Assembly: GCA_958009085.1 (NCBI GenBank)
Contig: OY253682.1
Span: 496,001 to 560,000, forward strand
Reading direction: 5' to 3'
Length of the DNA: 64,000 nucleotides
Origin: Protoeuglena noctilucae
Lineage: Eukaryota
In this document: piece after piece, positions 21,219-34,177 of the stretch
Position numbering within the stretch: the stretch's first letter is position 1
How the letters are laid out: each line of letters starts with the position of its first letter
The notes under the pieces: generated by a model
What the model was told of the DNA's origin: nothing
Seen by the model: only the letters and a program-made list of their open reading frames with translations
Databases searched by the model: none
Program-made: the position numbers and the translations under genes

Positions 21219-23936
21219 TTAGTTGTACACGGCCTGCGTGATCTCCTGGATAGCGTCCTTATTCTCGATGTCAATGCCCTTGATTTGGATTTCCTCCATC
21301 TTGACCTGGATCCGGTGCCTCTGCATGGAGGCCTCCAGGTTGGCGAGCCTGCGCTGCTGCTGGATGTTCTCCTTGGCCGCCTTGATCGCGAATGCCCGCT
21401 CCGTCTCGTCCTGGATGCGCTGCATCGTGCGCTCCTTCTCCCAGGCCATCTTGCGCTCGTGCTCCATCACGATCTGCCGCTTCTGCTCCTGCTTCAGCTG
21501 GATCTGCAGGCGGGCCACGCAGCCATGCGTCTCGCACGCATGAGTCTCTCCGCAGAGACGCGCCCCCGCCGCGGCCCCCAAACACCGCCGCACCTCGAGC
21601 TTCTTGCGGCGGTATTCGAGCTCAGCCTTGGCCTTATTCTTCGCCATCAGCACCTCCTTCTCCTCGGCCTTGCGGAGGATGGTGTCGATCTTGCTCTGCT
21701 CGATGGCCTTGGCCTGCAGGAACTTCTGCCGCTGCTCCTCGGCGCGCTCGTACTCGCGCTGCTTCCGCAGCTCCTCCTCACGGTCCCTGCGAACGCGCGC
21801 CCGAGGTCAGAAGTGACACAACCCGCCCCAGGGCTGAACTGCCACGCGCGGTGCAGCAGACGTGCCCCGGCTCTCACCTCTCCGCCTCGAGCTTCCGCCG
21901 CCTCCTTCTCCTTCCTGCGGAACTCCTCCCGCCTCTGACGCAGCTTCTCCTCGTTCTGCTGCAGCGTCTTCTTGCGGCGCTCCTCCGCACGCATGCGCTT
22001 CTCCTCGTTCAGCTGCGCGAGCTCCCGGCGCTTCTGGCGCTCCTTCTCCTCCCGCACGCGGTCGCGGGCCTGCAAGAGACGCGCCGCAGGTTACAATGCC
22101 GAGCCCAAACGCACGAGCACTCGCGGGCCTGACTGGACGCCTCAGGCTGCAAGCAGCCCATGCCTCCTTGCGAGAGCCCCTCACCTCCATCTCCCTCCTC
22201 CTCGCCTCCACCGCCGCCTCCTGCTGCTCCAGAAGGCGCTGCGTCTCGAGGCGTGCCTTCTCCTGCCGCTCGCGACGCATGCGCTCCTCCTCCTCGCGCT
22301 CCTTCTGCGCAGCAGGGATAGCGCAGCTGGAGTTCCTGCCGCGCCGGGCTCGCCGTGCGCGGAGTCGCGTAACATGGCAGGTGCCTCTGCCACCCCTGGC
22401 ATGGGCCAGGGGGAGACCGCGATTGAATAAGCACCCGCGCACACCTTGAGCCTCTGCTCCTTCTCCCGCGCCTGCCTCAGCCTCTCCTGCTCCTCCTGGT
22501 ACCACTTCTGCGCCAGGCGCTCGGCCTCGCGCTCCCGCTCCTCGTCCTGCCCGATGCGCTTGAGCTGCAGCAAAGGTCGGTCCCATGGGGGTCAGTGAAA
22601 ACGTGGGCTGCTGCGAGGCGCATCGACCGTGTCACATGCGCGAGCGAGCTTCATGCGCTGAGCTGCCTCGCCTCCAGCTCTCTCTGCTTCATGCGACGCT
22701 CGTGCTCACGCGACTTCTTCTCCTCTTCCTTCTCGTGAATCTTTTCCTCAAAGACCTGGGCAAGGGACCGCGGAGAGGACATGTGCATGTGTGCACCGTG
22801 ACAGATGAAGGCACCGAGCATCCCGCTTGTGCCCCGAGCAGAGCGAGCACCCGGGGCGCAATCCCGGCCATGAGAGTGGACGCATCACCTTCATCTTCTG
22901 CTCCTGTCGCTGCTGGATCTGGTGGCGCGTGACCTCGTAGTTGACCATCTGCTCCAGCTGCTGCATGTTGCGGCGCCGGGACACCTCGAGGCGCTTGCGC
23001 TCCCGCTCCACCTGGTCCTCCCCGCCACCGGCGGGGCTGCCAGCCGTCGCTGACCCGGGCCTGTGAGGGGTCAGGGAGCTGGAAGGTCCGGAGCCGCGCA
23101 CTTGACAGCTCCAAGCGTGCCTCCTCCATGCGGCTGCGAACATCACCTGCCCTTGCGCCCCGAGGTGCCCGGTGCGTCGTCCGGCCTGACGATGCGCTTG
23201 CGCTCGGCCTCTAGAGCGGCAATCTTCTGCTTCCGCACGGTCTCGTAGTGGTCGTGGTAGATTTGCTGGATCTCTGCGATGGTAACGGGCGAGGGCATCG
23301 CATGCACGGCATCGTGCGTGGTATGCACGAAGCCCGTGCTGGGCGCGCCGGAACCAGACGGGTGAGTCACTCGCTCGCACGTCATCAAGCGCGCACCTGG
23401 GTCCTCGCCCACAAACATCTCGAGGGGGACCTTGCGGATCTCCTCCAAGTCAATGCCCAGGTTCATGAAAGCCTCCACGGTCGCTGGAGACGTCGGACGG
23501 AGGTCCTCGCGCTTTACCTCGGGGTTCTCGGCACTGCGGGCGCCCTCGAGGTCGCGACGTCCCATATCACGTTTGCGGCGCTGCACATCACGGGCCCGGG
23601 AGGCCTATCCGCCCACGGGCTCACCGAATCACGATGTCCTTGAGGGATATCTTCGCGCGGTTGCCCTTGAGCGCGACCTCGTGCATCTCAATCATCTCCT
23701 CGAGCCATTCGTCCGTCTGCGCGACATGCGGCAAGCCCCGCTCGCGTGCGGCCGAAGCAGCGCGCCGCAGGGAAGGAGGCAAGCTCTGTGCACATATGCG
23801 CCTTCGAGACGGCAACGCGGGGCAGAGTGCGAGGGCGACGGGCCCCTGGTGGCGACGCCTGCCCGCCGCTCACCGAGATCATTCCCTTGCGCGGCGAGGC
23901 CGCTGCGGACTTCTCGAGACCTCCGGTGGTGTCCAT
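21219..23936 (-). CDS. Uncharacterised E/K/R/Q-rich coiled-coil protein, multi-exon
   Basis: Consistent GT-AG exon chain from MDTTGG to ..ITQAVYN*, with long charged heptad-like stretches. No confident family assignment. Confidence 0.7.
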
Positions 23937-24700
23937 GGTGCCGAGACAGGTAGGTCAGCGGCACCCCGCTCCTCGTCGCCTCGAAGCCGGCTCGCTCCAG
24001 TGACTGGGATGTCAGGTCACAAACAGTGACCTGGGGCACGCTCCAAGCGCGTCCACGTCAGTTGACCTGCACGAAACGGTCCATGATGTTCTTTCCTACA
24101 AGGACAGCTCCCCTCGAGGGGACGAAAACCGCTGCTCGGCGCCAGCCAACAGGCTTTGCGCGCGTTCGCCTGTGGGGCCCCCGGGCGCCTCCCAGTGCAA
24201 CGCAAAGGCTCACGCTGTGCAAGCGAGACACAAATGACATGACATGTCGGGAACACCTACGAAACGCGCTGCATATCCAGCGTGCGAGGCAAGCGGGCGC
24301 CCTGCATGGGGCCCGCAAGTCGGCTTCCTCGCGCGGCCTACAAGCCCCCCGGAGAAAATCTTCCCCACAATTTCCCCACTTTATTGTTGCGGATCGAGCC
24401 TCGACACGCACGATGGTGCCGAGGGCGCTGGGCAGTGCGGTCCCCTTCCGCGGCCACCGCACCTTCCGCGATACGGGCTCCAGCGTATCCTCCAGACGAA
24501 TGACACCGCAACGCAGCGCGAGTCACGCAGTAGGTGAGCGCGCACCACGAAAAAATGCGGCGACTCGGCAGCGACCCAAACAGCGCTCGTGCGCGCTTGC
24601 TTGAAGCACGTGGCGAAAAATGAGCAGCTGGGCTCCCGGGGACAGCGTTAGGCAGCGCGGCACACTGCCAGGAAGGTCATACCCCTTCAATCGTGGCGTA

Positions 24701-27700
24701 TCAGCAGAAGCTAGCTAGCACCTGCAGACAGAGCGTAGGCGCAGGAGCGAGAGCGTGCGAGGGGGCATCCGCAAGGGCGCCTCCCAACCCCGCCTGCTCG
24801 GCCCCCGACAGCATGGCCCCTGCGGCACCCTTCAGGGCCTCAGCGGCGAGCGCCCCGAGCGACACAGGCGGGCGCACCGCCCGTCCCTCGTTCTCCTGAG
24901 CAGCTGCCGACGGTTCAGGGGCTGGATGTTCGCCCTGCAGCCCCCCGTCGACGTCCTCGAGGCATCCCACGACGCCCCCGGGCACGAGCACAGCGCATCC
25001 TGCCGACGCGTCCACGGGCACCAGCCCGACGACCCTCGCGCCCGGCAGGACGTACCCTGGCCCGAGCCTGTGCCCAGGCCGCACCGCCACCACGGCAGTC
25101 GCGCGGGGCTCGCCCCGCCCAGCCGCCTTCAGGTCATCGCCCTCGGTTCCCTCGCCCGCCGGGCCGCTCTTGCCCGTGATCGCGATGAACGCGACGCCAT
25201 TCCCGGGACCCACCGCCTCGAGCGCGCCACACACGTGGGTCACGAGCGTCCCCGTGAGCACGTCGTACGTAATGGCCGAGCGCCGGGGACGCGCCGAGCG
25301 GTCGTGCAGGACCTGCAAGGTCAAACGCCTGAGATCATTTGCCTGATCTACTGACAAGTAAGCGTTTGCGAGCGTGCCTGGTGGCCGCAGCGCCCTGAGC
25401 CCGATGTCACGTGAGCGTCTCGAGCAGCAACACGGGCGCTCTCTCCGCATCACTCACCGAGCAGGACAGGAGGTGCCCGTCGGTGGAGAAGGCCATGGAC
25501 TCGACGACGGGCCGGATAGCAGGGCCGTCATCGTCTTCAGGCCCCGGAGCGTCATTAGGGGTTGAAGATGGGTCCGGCACAGGCAACATCGACAGGGGCT
25601 CCGAAAAGTCATCCGTGGCTATCAACGAGAGGCAGCCACCGGAGGACACGGCCAGAAGGCTTGCATCGGGCGTCATGGCGCAGGCGCCCAGGTCGCCGTT
25701 CGGCATGTCCATGACCTGCGTGCAGAAGCAAGGCGTCGTTACGCTTGCTACTCGCAATCCACCGGCCGAGTCTGGGCACGGCTCGCAACCTGCGGCGGCG
25801 GCACGTCCAGTTACCTTGTCCAGCGCAATGGTATGCGTCCCGTCGTTGCCCTGTGGCACGCGCCACAGGCACACGCGGCCATCGCGGCCGGTGGTGGCGA
25901 CCCACGCGCCGGACGCCGCCATGCACAACCCACACACGGCCCCTTGGTGAGGGCCCAGCACCTCGGCCGCCACCGTCCAACCCGTCCCGATTGCTCCCGG
26001 CTCCCGCTCCAGCAAGCAGAGCGTCTGCCGCCCCGCCATGCCCGTGTCGCGGCTGCCCGCGCTGCACACGGCCGCCGCCAGCGCGCCCGACCGGTCAGTC
26101 GCTTTCATCACGACCCGCGCCCCAGACCACGCCCCGTCCGGACCCCCCAGCGACCCTGCCCCTGCCCCGCCCACCACCTGGGACACGCTCTCCACGAGAC
26201 CGGTCCGCAAGTTGACCTCCTGCACCGTGCCATGCACCCCAGGAAGCAGCACGCGCGCCCCGGGCAGCGGCGCCCCCACGGGGCCCTCCCCGGGCCGCCC
26301 CGCCCCGTGCGGCATGACGCCGACGAGCCTCGCCTCGACCTTCATCGACGCCACATCCACGACGGCCACGGCGCCGGCGGAGGTCCGCACCAGGAACTGC
26401 GACTCGGCCCCGGGCCCGCGCATCGGCGAGATGCTCAGGATGGTGCCCCCCATGCGCGGGACGAAGCGCCGCGCTCCCGTGCGGAGATCCCACACAACCA
26501 CCACGCCCTCCGCGCCGCCGGAGAGCAGCAAGCCCCCTCCCGCGCTCGCGCAGAGCGCCCCGACCGCCGCCTGGTGCCAATGCCACGTTGTGACGGCCGA
26601 CGCCCCCGCCGGCTCTCGACCCGTCGTCGGTGGCCCGGCGTCGTCCACCGCCATATCCGCGTCGCCATCCACGTCGTTGACTCCCGTCGCGGCCTCCCGG
26701 TGCTCCACCCGCGGGGGTGCCAGGCCATGCAGCAGCAGGATGCGGCCCGACGTGTCCCCCACGCACACGGCCGGCGCCGCGTCGCCCGTGCCGGGCGCCA
26801 GCGCCAGCGCCGTCAGGTGCCGCGTGTGGCTGTGCTTGGTCCGGAAATTGCTGGGCGACCGCGCTGCGTAAAGCACCGCCGAGTTGCGGTCCAGCGCTGC
26901 CAGCGTGGGGTCACTGCGGGCGCGTGTGGGGTGCGCCAGCTTTGCAAGGCGGTATCTGACGGCGCACCGTGTGCATGGTGCACAACCCACAGACATGACC
27001 CAAGCCAGCTGCGTTTGTGCGATTGCACTGCGATGCATCTCCGCCCTGCCTTCGGCACCTGGGGTCGCCCGAGGGTGCAGACGCGACTGGGCCAGGCCGA
27101 GAAGACCGCACTTTGTGATGCCGGGCAATCTCGCCGGACGGGAGGTCGACCACAAGCAACTTCCCCGGAGCCCCCTGCGTTGTGACGCCCTGAGGCAGCC
27201 GGTGAAACCCGCGCCGCAACGAGCGGCAGACGCAATTGGATAATACCCACACACGCTATGCCAGTCACAGGGGACATGCAGGGCATCGCCAAGGCCCGCC
27301 AAGGACTCGCCTCTGCCCCCTGGGTTGCGAGGAACGCCGTGCGCCCATGCACGGTCATGGACAGCACAGGCGTGCCCATGTCCAGGCGCCGGGAGCAAGT
27401 TATCTCTTCGAGGTCCCAGACGCGGACGGTCCCGTCGAGCGACGACGTCACGGCCACGCCGGGGAGCTTGGCGTGGGCACAGATGCTCGTCACGTCGTCC
27501 GTATGGCCGGCCAGCACATGCGTGGGGCGCATCGTCGCCCTGTAAGTCAAAGAGGGATGCGGTTGAGGGAACATTCGCGGCCCAGCCGAGCTGTGGTGGG
27601 AGCGACGAGTCGCACCAGCCCCCACGAAGGCCAGCGATGGAAACAACACCACGCCAGCGGTGTGCCGATGCATGGAAAGTCAAGCAGTCGCTCAGAGCTG

Positions 27701-27834
27701 CAGCGCGCCCTGTGGAGGGCTGCTGAGGCGCGGGGGCACCTGTCAAGCACGTGCACGCGGGCCGCCGTGGCCACGAGCAGGAGGCGGCCGTCGCACGTGC
27801 AGGCGCATCGCCCCGGGGCGTATGGGGAGGGCAT
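24701..27834 (-). CDS. WDR75: WD40 protein, WDR75/UTP17 (NAN1)-like SSU processome subunit
   Basis: GHTDDVTSI..SSLDGTVRVWD; TTWHWHQAAVGAL..LLSGGAEGVVVVWDLRTGARRFVPRMG; C-terminal PSHAL..LC. Confidence 0.78.
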
Positions 27835-28267
27835 CGCCGGTGCGAGCCCCCACGCGGGCTCCTAGCCGTCCCAGCGGGCCAGCAGGGGGCGGGGCGGCGC
27901 GACTCTGAACTCGCGGGGGCAGGCGCCGACTCCTGCCGCACCAGTGTATCGGAAATGGCGTTCCAGAGAAATCCCGTCGCCTCTCTCGCTGGCCGCCATC
28001 CCTGAATCAGTGCCGCTTGACTTCCTGTCAGCCCGAGCGCCCAGCCTCAGCGGACCTCGCGGCCCACGCGTCACCCAGTCGAAACAGGTCGTGCGCTGCC
28101 GCATTTTTGAGACCGCGAGATTGTCCCCTTGGCTCGAACGGACAAAACTCCTCCGCACACCCGGCAGAGATCGCGTCGTCCTCCCCAACGTCTTCTGCGT
28201 TGTCTTCCTCGCTTGGCGGCTCCGCGGTCGAGGGGGGGCTCCGGCTCCCGGCGGTGGGGTCGCGGCC

Positions 28268-29975
28268 ATGGGCCTGGACCTGGATCGCTGCATTGAGCAG
28301 CTGCGCCAATGCGAGCCCCTCAAGGAGAGCGAGGTCAAGCAGCTTTGCCAGCTGGTGAGGGCGCCGCGCGTTTCGGCAAACGTGCGCTTCTTGAGGCAGC
28401 GCGCCCCCCCTGCTGAGATGCCCGACCGCTTTGCCGGAGCGGGCGCGTCTCGGCAGAGCTCATTACATGTGGACGTTGGCGTTGGCCGTCATGGCGCCGC
28501 TCGCACGCCCTCCTGGCCCGGCCAGCACTGCCACCCACTTGACGTGGGATATCTGCCACGCTCAGTCCATCTCGCTTCCCCCTGTCTCCGCGGGCTGCGA
28601 GACAGCTGGTGGGCACTCCTGCTTTCGGCCGTGACGGGGAGTTTTTGCTTGCACGCAGGCCCTCGAGATCCTTGTGGAGGAGGGCAACGTGCAGCGCGTC
28701 GACGCGCCCGTCACGATTTGCGGGTGAGTGACTGGAGCTCCTCGGGGCGCGAGTCCGGCTCACGCGCCGGCTCCGCGGCCGCGGCCACGACACCCATGCG
28801 CGCGCCGCTCGGCCTGCGCAGGGACATCCACGGGCAGTTTTACGATCTGATTGAGCTTCTCAAGGTTGGAGGGGACTGCCCCCAGACCAATTATTTGTTC
28901 TTGGGGGATTTCGTGGACCGGGGTTTCTACAGGTGCGGAAGCGAGACCTGGGGGGGACAAGATGGGCCGCGCTGCAGTTTGCCGCGGCCATACGCACCCG
29001 CCCGCCATGCTCCGCGCAGTGTCGAGACCTTCTTGCTGTTGCTGTGTCTTAAGGTGCGGTATCCGGACCGCATCACGCTGATCCGAGGAAACCATGAGTC
29101 GCGGCAGATCACCCAGGCGAGTTGCGTTACCGGGCGTGCTGGGCTCGGCAGATGAGTGGCTTATGGAGACCGGACGGGATCGGTGCCAGCGTTCGACACG
29201 CGCCCCAGCTGTCCTCCTCCGCAGGTGTACGGCTTCTACGACGAGTGCCTTCGCAAGTACGGGTCGGTCAACGTGTGGCGGTACTGCACCGACATCTTCG
29301 ACTACCTGAGCCTCAGCGCGCTGGTGGACGACTCTCTCTTCTGCGTGCACGGCGGCCTGTCGCCAGCCATCAACACGCTTGACCAGATCCGCTCCATCAA
29401 CCGGAAGCAGGAGGTGCCGCACGACGGGGCCATGTGCGACCTCCTGGTGAGAGGCGCTGACCTGCTTCAGGAAGCGTTCTTGAAACCGGCTGTGTCCTGC
29501 CTGGCGTTGCTCATGCCAGCCCCTTGCCCTACGCTGCGCAGTGGTCCGACCCGGAGGACATTGAGGGGTGGGGCCTGTCCCCGCGGGGCGCAGGGTACCT
29601 GTTTGGGGGCGACGTCACCACGCAGGTGGGCCATGGCCTGTGGACTGGCTCGCTGCCGCGTGCCGCCTAGCGCGTGATGCCGGCATGGCCACTGTCCCTT
29701 CCCTCTCCTGACCTTGCTTTCAGTTCAACCACGCCAACCGGGTGGATGTCATTGCGCGGGCGCACCAGCTGGTGATGGAGGGGTACAAGTGGATGTTCAC
29801 GGACCAGCTCGTGACGGTGTGGAGCGCCCCCAACTACTGCTACCGGTGCGGCAACGTGGCCGCCATCATGGAGCTGGACGAGTCCCTCCATTCGACCTTC
29901 AAGGTGTTTGAGGCGGCGCCTCAAGACGCCCGCGGGGTCCCCTCGAAGAAGGCCGCCCCGGACTACTTCCTCTAG
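28268..29975 (+). CDS. PPP4C: Serine/threonine protein phosphatase 4 catalytic subunit (PPX)
   Basis: [75 protein letters not shown]-terminal DYFL. Confidence 0.92.
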
Positions 29976-30905
29976 GCTCCATGGGCTGCTGCGGGCTGCG
30001 CTCTCTCCGCGTCTCACGTGTCTTTGTCGCGGCCAATATCCTTGGCGCCGCACGGGCTTTCAATCGGGGCGAATTTTTCTCGCCAGAACAGTGGTTGCAC
30101 GACACGCGGCCCGTGCGATCAAAGCTGCCACAAACAACTACTCTGCGTCGATCCACGTCCCATTGGCGCGTCGCTGCGTCCGGCCCGGCAACGGTTGTCA
30201 GCGCCTCCCTAGTACCTCCCTGCTCCGGCCCCGGACCGCCATCCCTATTTTCGCTTCCGCATTCGATCGAGGATGCGCCTGCGCTGAGACTCCCGCTGCG
30301 CGCTTCGGGCGACGAAGGCCTGCGTGCGTGTGTTAGGGCCGCTGTGAGCCGCTCCACCCGCGCGCCGGGGCCTCGCCGGACCTCGAGCGCACCGCGTCGG
30401 GCAACGTTGCGACATTAGCAAAGCGTGGCTCGCCTCTAATCTCGGAGGTGCGGACAGAGCGCGGGCTCCCAGCAGCATGTGTCGGGCCAGCATCTTAAGT
30501 TAGTACAGCGGCACGCGGGGACTCCCCGGGAATGCGCGCGGTTGATGACGTGTCGAGCATGCGATGATGTGACGCCGGGGAGGTCCGCGGGGTCAGGCCT
30601 CGGCTTCTTTTGGCCAGGCCCTTTTGAGGAATGTCGCGCGGGCACCTGGCCCATGCGCCCAGCGAAGCAGGGTATCCGCTGGCCGCTGGCTCGGCTGAAG
30701 ACGGCGGCGCATATATTCCCTCTCAGCATCGGCAGATGACGCCCTTTTCTTCGCCCTTGGACTTGGGACCCATGGAGCGCACCCGCGGGGTCGGCAGGCC
30801 TTTGCCCTGCAGCAGGCTCTGCGCCCTGATTCCTCGCTAAGATGTTCGCTTGCAGACGCCGGGGCCCGCAGGGCCAGCGCCCGAGGAGGGCAGCCAGGGC
30901 TCACC

Positions 30906-33789
30906 ATGAACCGGTACAAAGTGATCAAGCAGCTGGGGGACGGGACGTACGGGAGCGTGTGGAAGGCGGTGAACAGGCAGACGTCTGAGGAGGCGAGCAG
31001 CCGCGCGGGCATCGCGAGCCGCAGCTTTTCAGCTGTGGAAATGCCGTGGCCCGCATCTCGCATCTCGCACGGCTCACGGAGCGCCTCCCGGCACCGCTGC
31101 GCCTCCGCAGGTCGCGATCAAGAAAATGAAGCGCAAGTTCTACTCGTGGCAGGAGTGCATGGACCTGCGGGAGGTCAAGTCGCTCCGAAAGCTCAACCAC
31201 CCTTTCATCGTCAAGCTAAAGGAGGTCATCCGCGAGAACGACGAGCTGTACTTCGTGTTCGAGTTCCTCGACTGCAACTTATATCAGCTAATGAAGAACC
31301 GGGACCGGCCGTTCCCAGAACAAAGGTGCGCTACGGCCACAGGGACCCTCGGCGTCGCGTGGCCTGTGGCGCGACCCCAGCAGCGCCTGCCGCCCCTCCC
31401 GGCCGCAGGGTCCGCAATTGGATGTACCAGATCCTGCAGGGACTCGCATACATGCACAAACAGGGCTACTTCCACCGGGACATGAAACCCGAGAACCTCC
31501 TTTGCGCCAAGGTAGGCGCAGCTGGTGCTGTTCGGGCCGCAGCTCAGGTGGCTCGCCTTCGTCCTCGGCAGCGGGCAAAGCTGGCGGCTTGTCCCGGTCA
31601 AACAGCCGTTCGGTACCTCCCCTCAGGACACGGTCAAGATTGCCGACTTTGGCCTGGCACGTGAGATCCGTTCCCGCCCTCCCTTCACCGACTACGTCTC
31701 CACGCGGTGGTACCGTGCGCCGGAAGTCCTCCTGCGGTCGCCCTACTACAGGTGAGCATCCATCCCTGCAGGGCTGTCACTTTGCTGCATGTCCGCCGTG
31801 CGCACCGTCGTCCCTTCGGGGCTCGCCCCTGGTCGCGGTGACCTGGCACGCACGTCGGCAACTCCTCTGCAGCGCGCCCATCGACCTATTCGCCGTGGGC
31901 GCCATCATGGCCGAGCTCTACAGCCTGCGGCCGCTCTTCCCCGGCACGAGCGAGGCGGACGAGATTTACAAGATCTGCAGCATCATCGGCACGCCCACGG
32001 CGCAGTCGTGGCCCGAGGGCCTGAAACTCGCCGGGTCGATGAGCTTCCGCTTCCCGCAGTTCCAGCCCACGCCGCTGGGCAAGATCATTCCCAACGCGAG
32101 CCCGGAGGCGATCGACCTGATCGAGGTGCGGCATCGACCGCCTTGCTCTCTCTCACCGTGGCTTCTGGTGGTAACGTCGCCGGCAGCTTCCCAGCAGGGC
32201 CACTTACCCCGCCCCCGCCCCCGGCTTACCCTGCAGAGGCTCTGCAGCTGGGACCCCAACAGACGGCCAACGGCGGTGCAGGCGCTGCAGCACTCCTACT
32301 TCCAGGTCGGCACGCGCGTCCCCCTCAGCCCTTCACCGGGCGTGACGGCCAGGCCCCAGACGTACGCCAACGTCCCAGCTGCCGCGGCGCCGCACGCCGT
32401 GGCCCGTACGGATGCCAACGAGGGGCGCGGGCAGATGCTCAGCGAGACCCAGGCGAGTCTCGTGGCGTCTATGTTACAAAGGACCCGATGCTGCCGTTCG
32501 TGACTGTCTCTGCTATGGGTGCTTAATGCGCTGATACACCCCTCCCGCGCAGCCCCTGAAGCGCTCCGCGGTCGAGGCCCCCCCGGGGGCGGCTCCCTCG
32601 CACGGGCAGTCCCGGCACGCGGCCGTTTCGAGCAAGGAGGAGTCGCAGACGACCTCGCGCAGGTCTGCCAGCAACACGGGCACGCTCGCCCCCCAGGCGC
32701 ACGCGCGCTCCACGGGCCGGGCTGCCGACGCCGGCGAGCCCAGTGGTGCGGCAGACGGGGCGTCGGCCCGGCCCGGGGTCGGCCTCCCCTCCCTGCGCCC
32801 GGCAGCGCTGCCGCGTCAGGCAGCGCCCGCGGGGCCTGTGCCGGGCCCCAACGCAGCGCCAGCGCGGCACCTGGCCCCGCTCTTCCTCGAACCCGACGCT
32901 GCGCGGGACGGCGCCGCCGGCCGCAGCGACCTGGTGTACGGGGCCGGCGGGGGCGGGCGCTGGGGCGATGGCGCCTCGTCGCACCTCCCGGCCCTCGGGG
33001 TGCGCCAGGCGGCGGTGAGTCCCGACTGCGATTCCAAGCACGATATCTTACAATGGAGAACTGTAAACTTTGCCTTCCTGTCTGTACTTCACAGCCCTTC
33101 GTGTCTTGGCCTCACGCCCCTCGCGCCCCTCGTGCCTCGCAGCCACCTAGTGTCCGCCAGCCCGTGGAGATGCCCGATCCCCGGCGGCCCCTCCTTGCGG
33201 CCATCCCGCCCTCGGGCATCGCGGCTGGTAACGGCGTCGCAGGGGCGGCGCCGTCGTGGCTGCAGAGCTCCAAGCGCGGCCCTGGTGGATTGCCCGAGAG
33301 CTTCGCACGACAGGCGAGCGCGCGCGCTCCCCCTGCCCTTGCCTTTAAGCTCCGGGCTAGCACGCCACAGTCTCTTCGAATTGGATATGGTGCATGGCCG
33401 GCGGACGACTCGTGAGCGCGACAGGGCCGTGTGTTTCTTTGCGTTGCAGGCGCGGCACCGGGCGGGCGACTCTTCTCTCGCCAACGCCGACGCTCTGGGA
33501 GTCGGGGGCGGTCGTTTGGCGGACGTGGGCCCCAAAGCGCACCCGGCGGCCATCCTCCCTCACGGCCAGTCGCGACGGAGCAGCACGGTGAGAGAGAAGT
33601 GCGGGTGGTGGTCCCTGGTCCATGTGGTGCTGACAGCACGTGTGGTGCTGCATGCTGATGCACGCTCTGCTGCGCACTGTCGGAATCTGCTCCAGCGCCG
33701 CTGAGACATGGGACCCAATCCTCACACCTCTGCAGGACCAGCAGGGGGGCGTCATCCTGCCGTCGTTCGGCAGGAGGGCGCAGGCGTGA
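30906..33789 (+). CDS. MAK: MAK/ICK-family (CMGC) protein kinase with low-complexity C-terminal tail
   Basis: [78 protein letters not shown] (TDY). The 3' exons are less certain. Confidence 0.88.
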
Positions 33790-34177
33790 CCGGCTACCTC
33801 GTGCAATGGCGAGACGCGCTGGAGACTGCGCGAACGTGCGCACGACTCGATGTAGATGAATAGGAGTTTCCTGATGCATCAAATGGAAGCTCAGCTGTGT
33901 AGCACCTTGCGGTGAAACTTGCCCAGAGATGCGTGGCCTTTTGACTCTGCGGCACATGTCTGGCCCATCAGCGCGCCTATGGTCATCCGCCTGCCGCTGC
34001 CGCCGTCCTCGTGGCCAGCCGTGGCGTGTGCCATTGCAATCGCTTAAACCACACGATGCGCGCACGTGGCATGTCTCTGGGTAGCCCCGCGGATGTCCTG
34101 CCTTGCACCCTGTTCTTCTACCACGCGCCCCTTCAGCCTTAAAACAGCAGTCGTGAAGTTCGACAGTTCAAACACCC

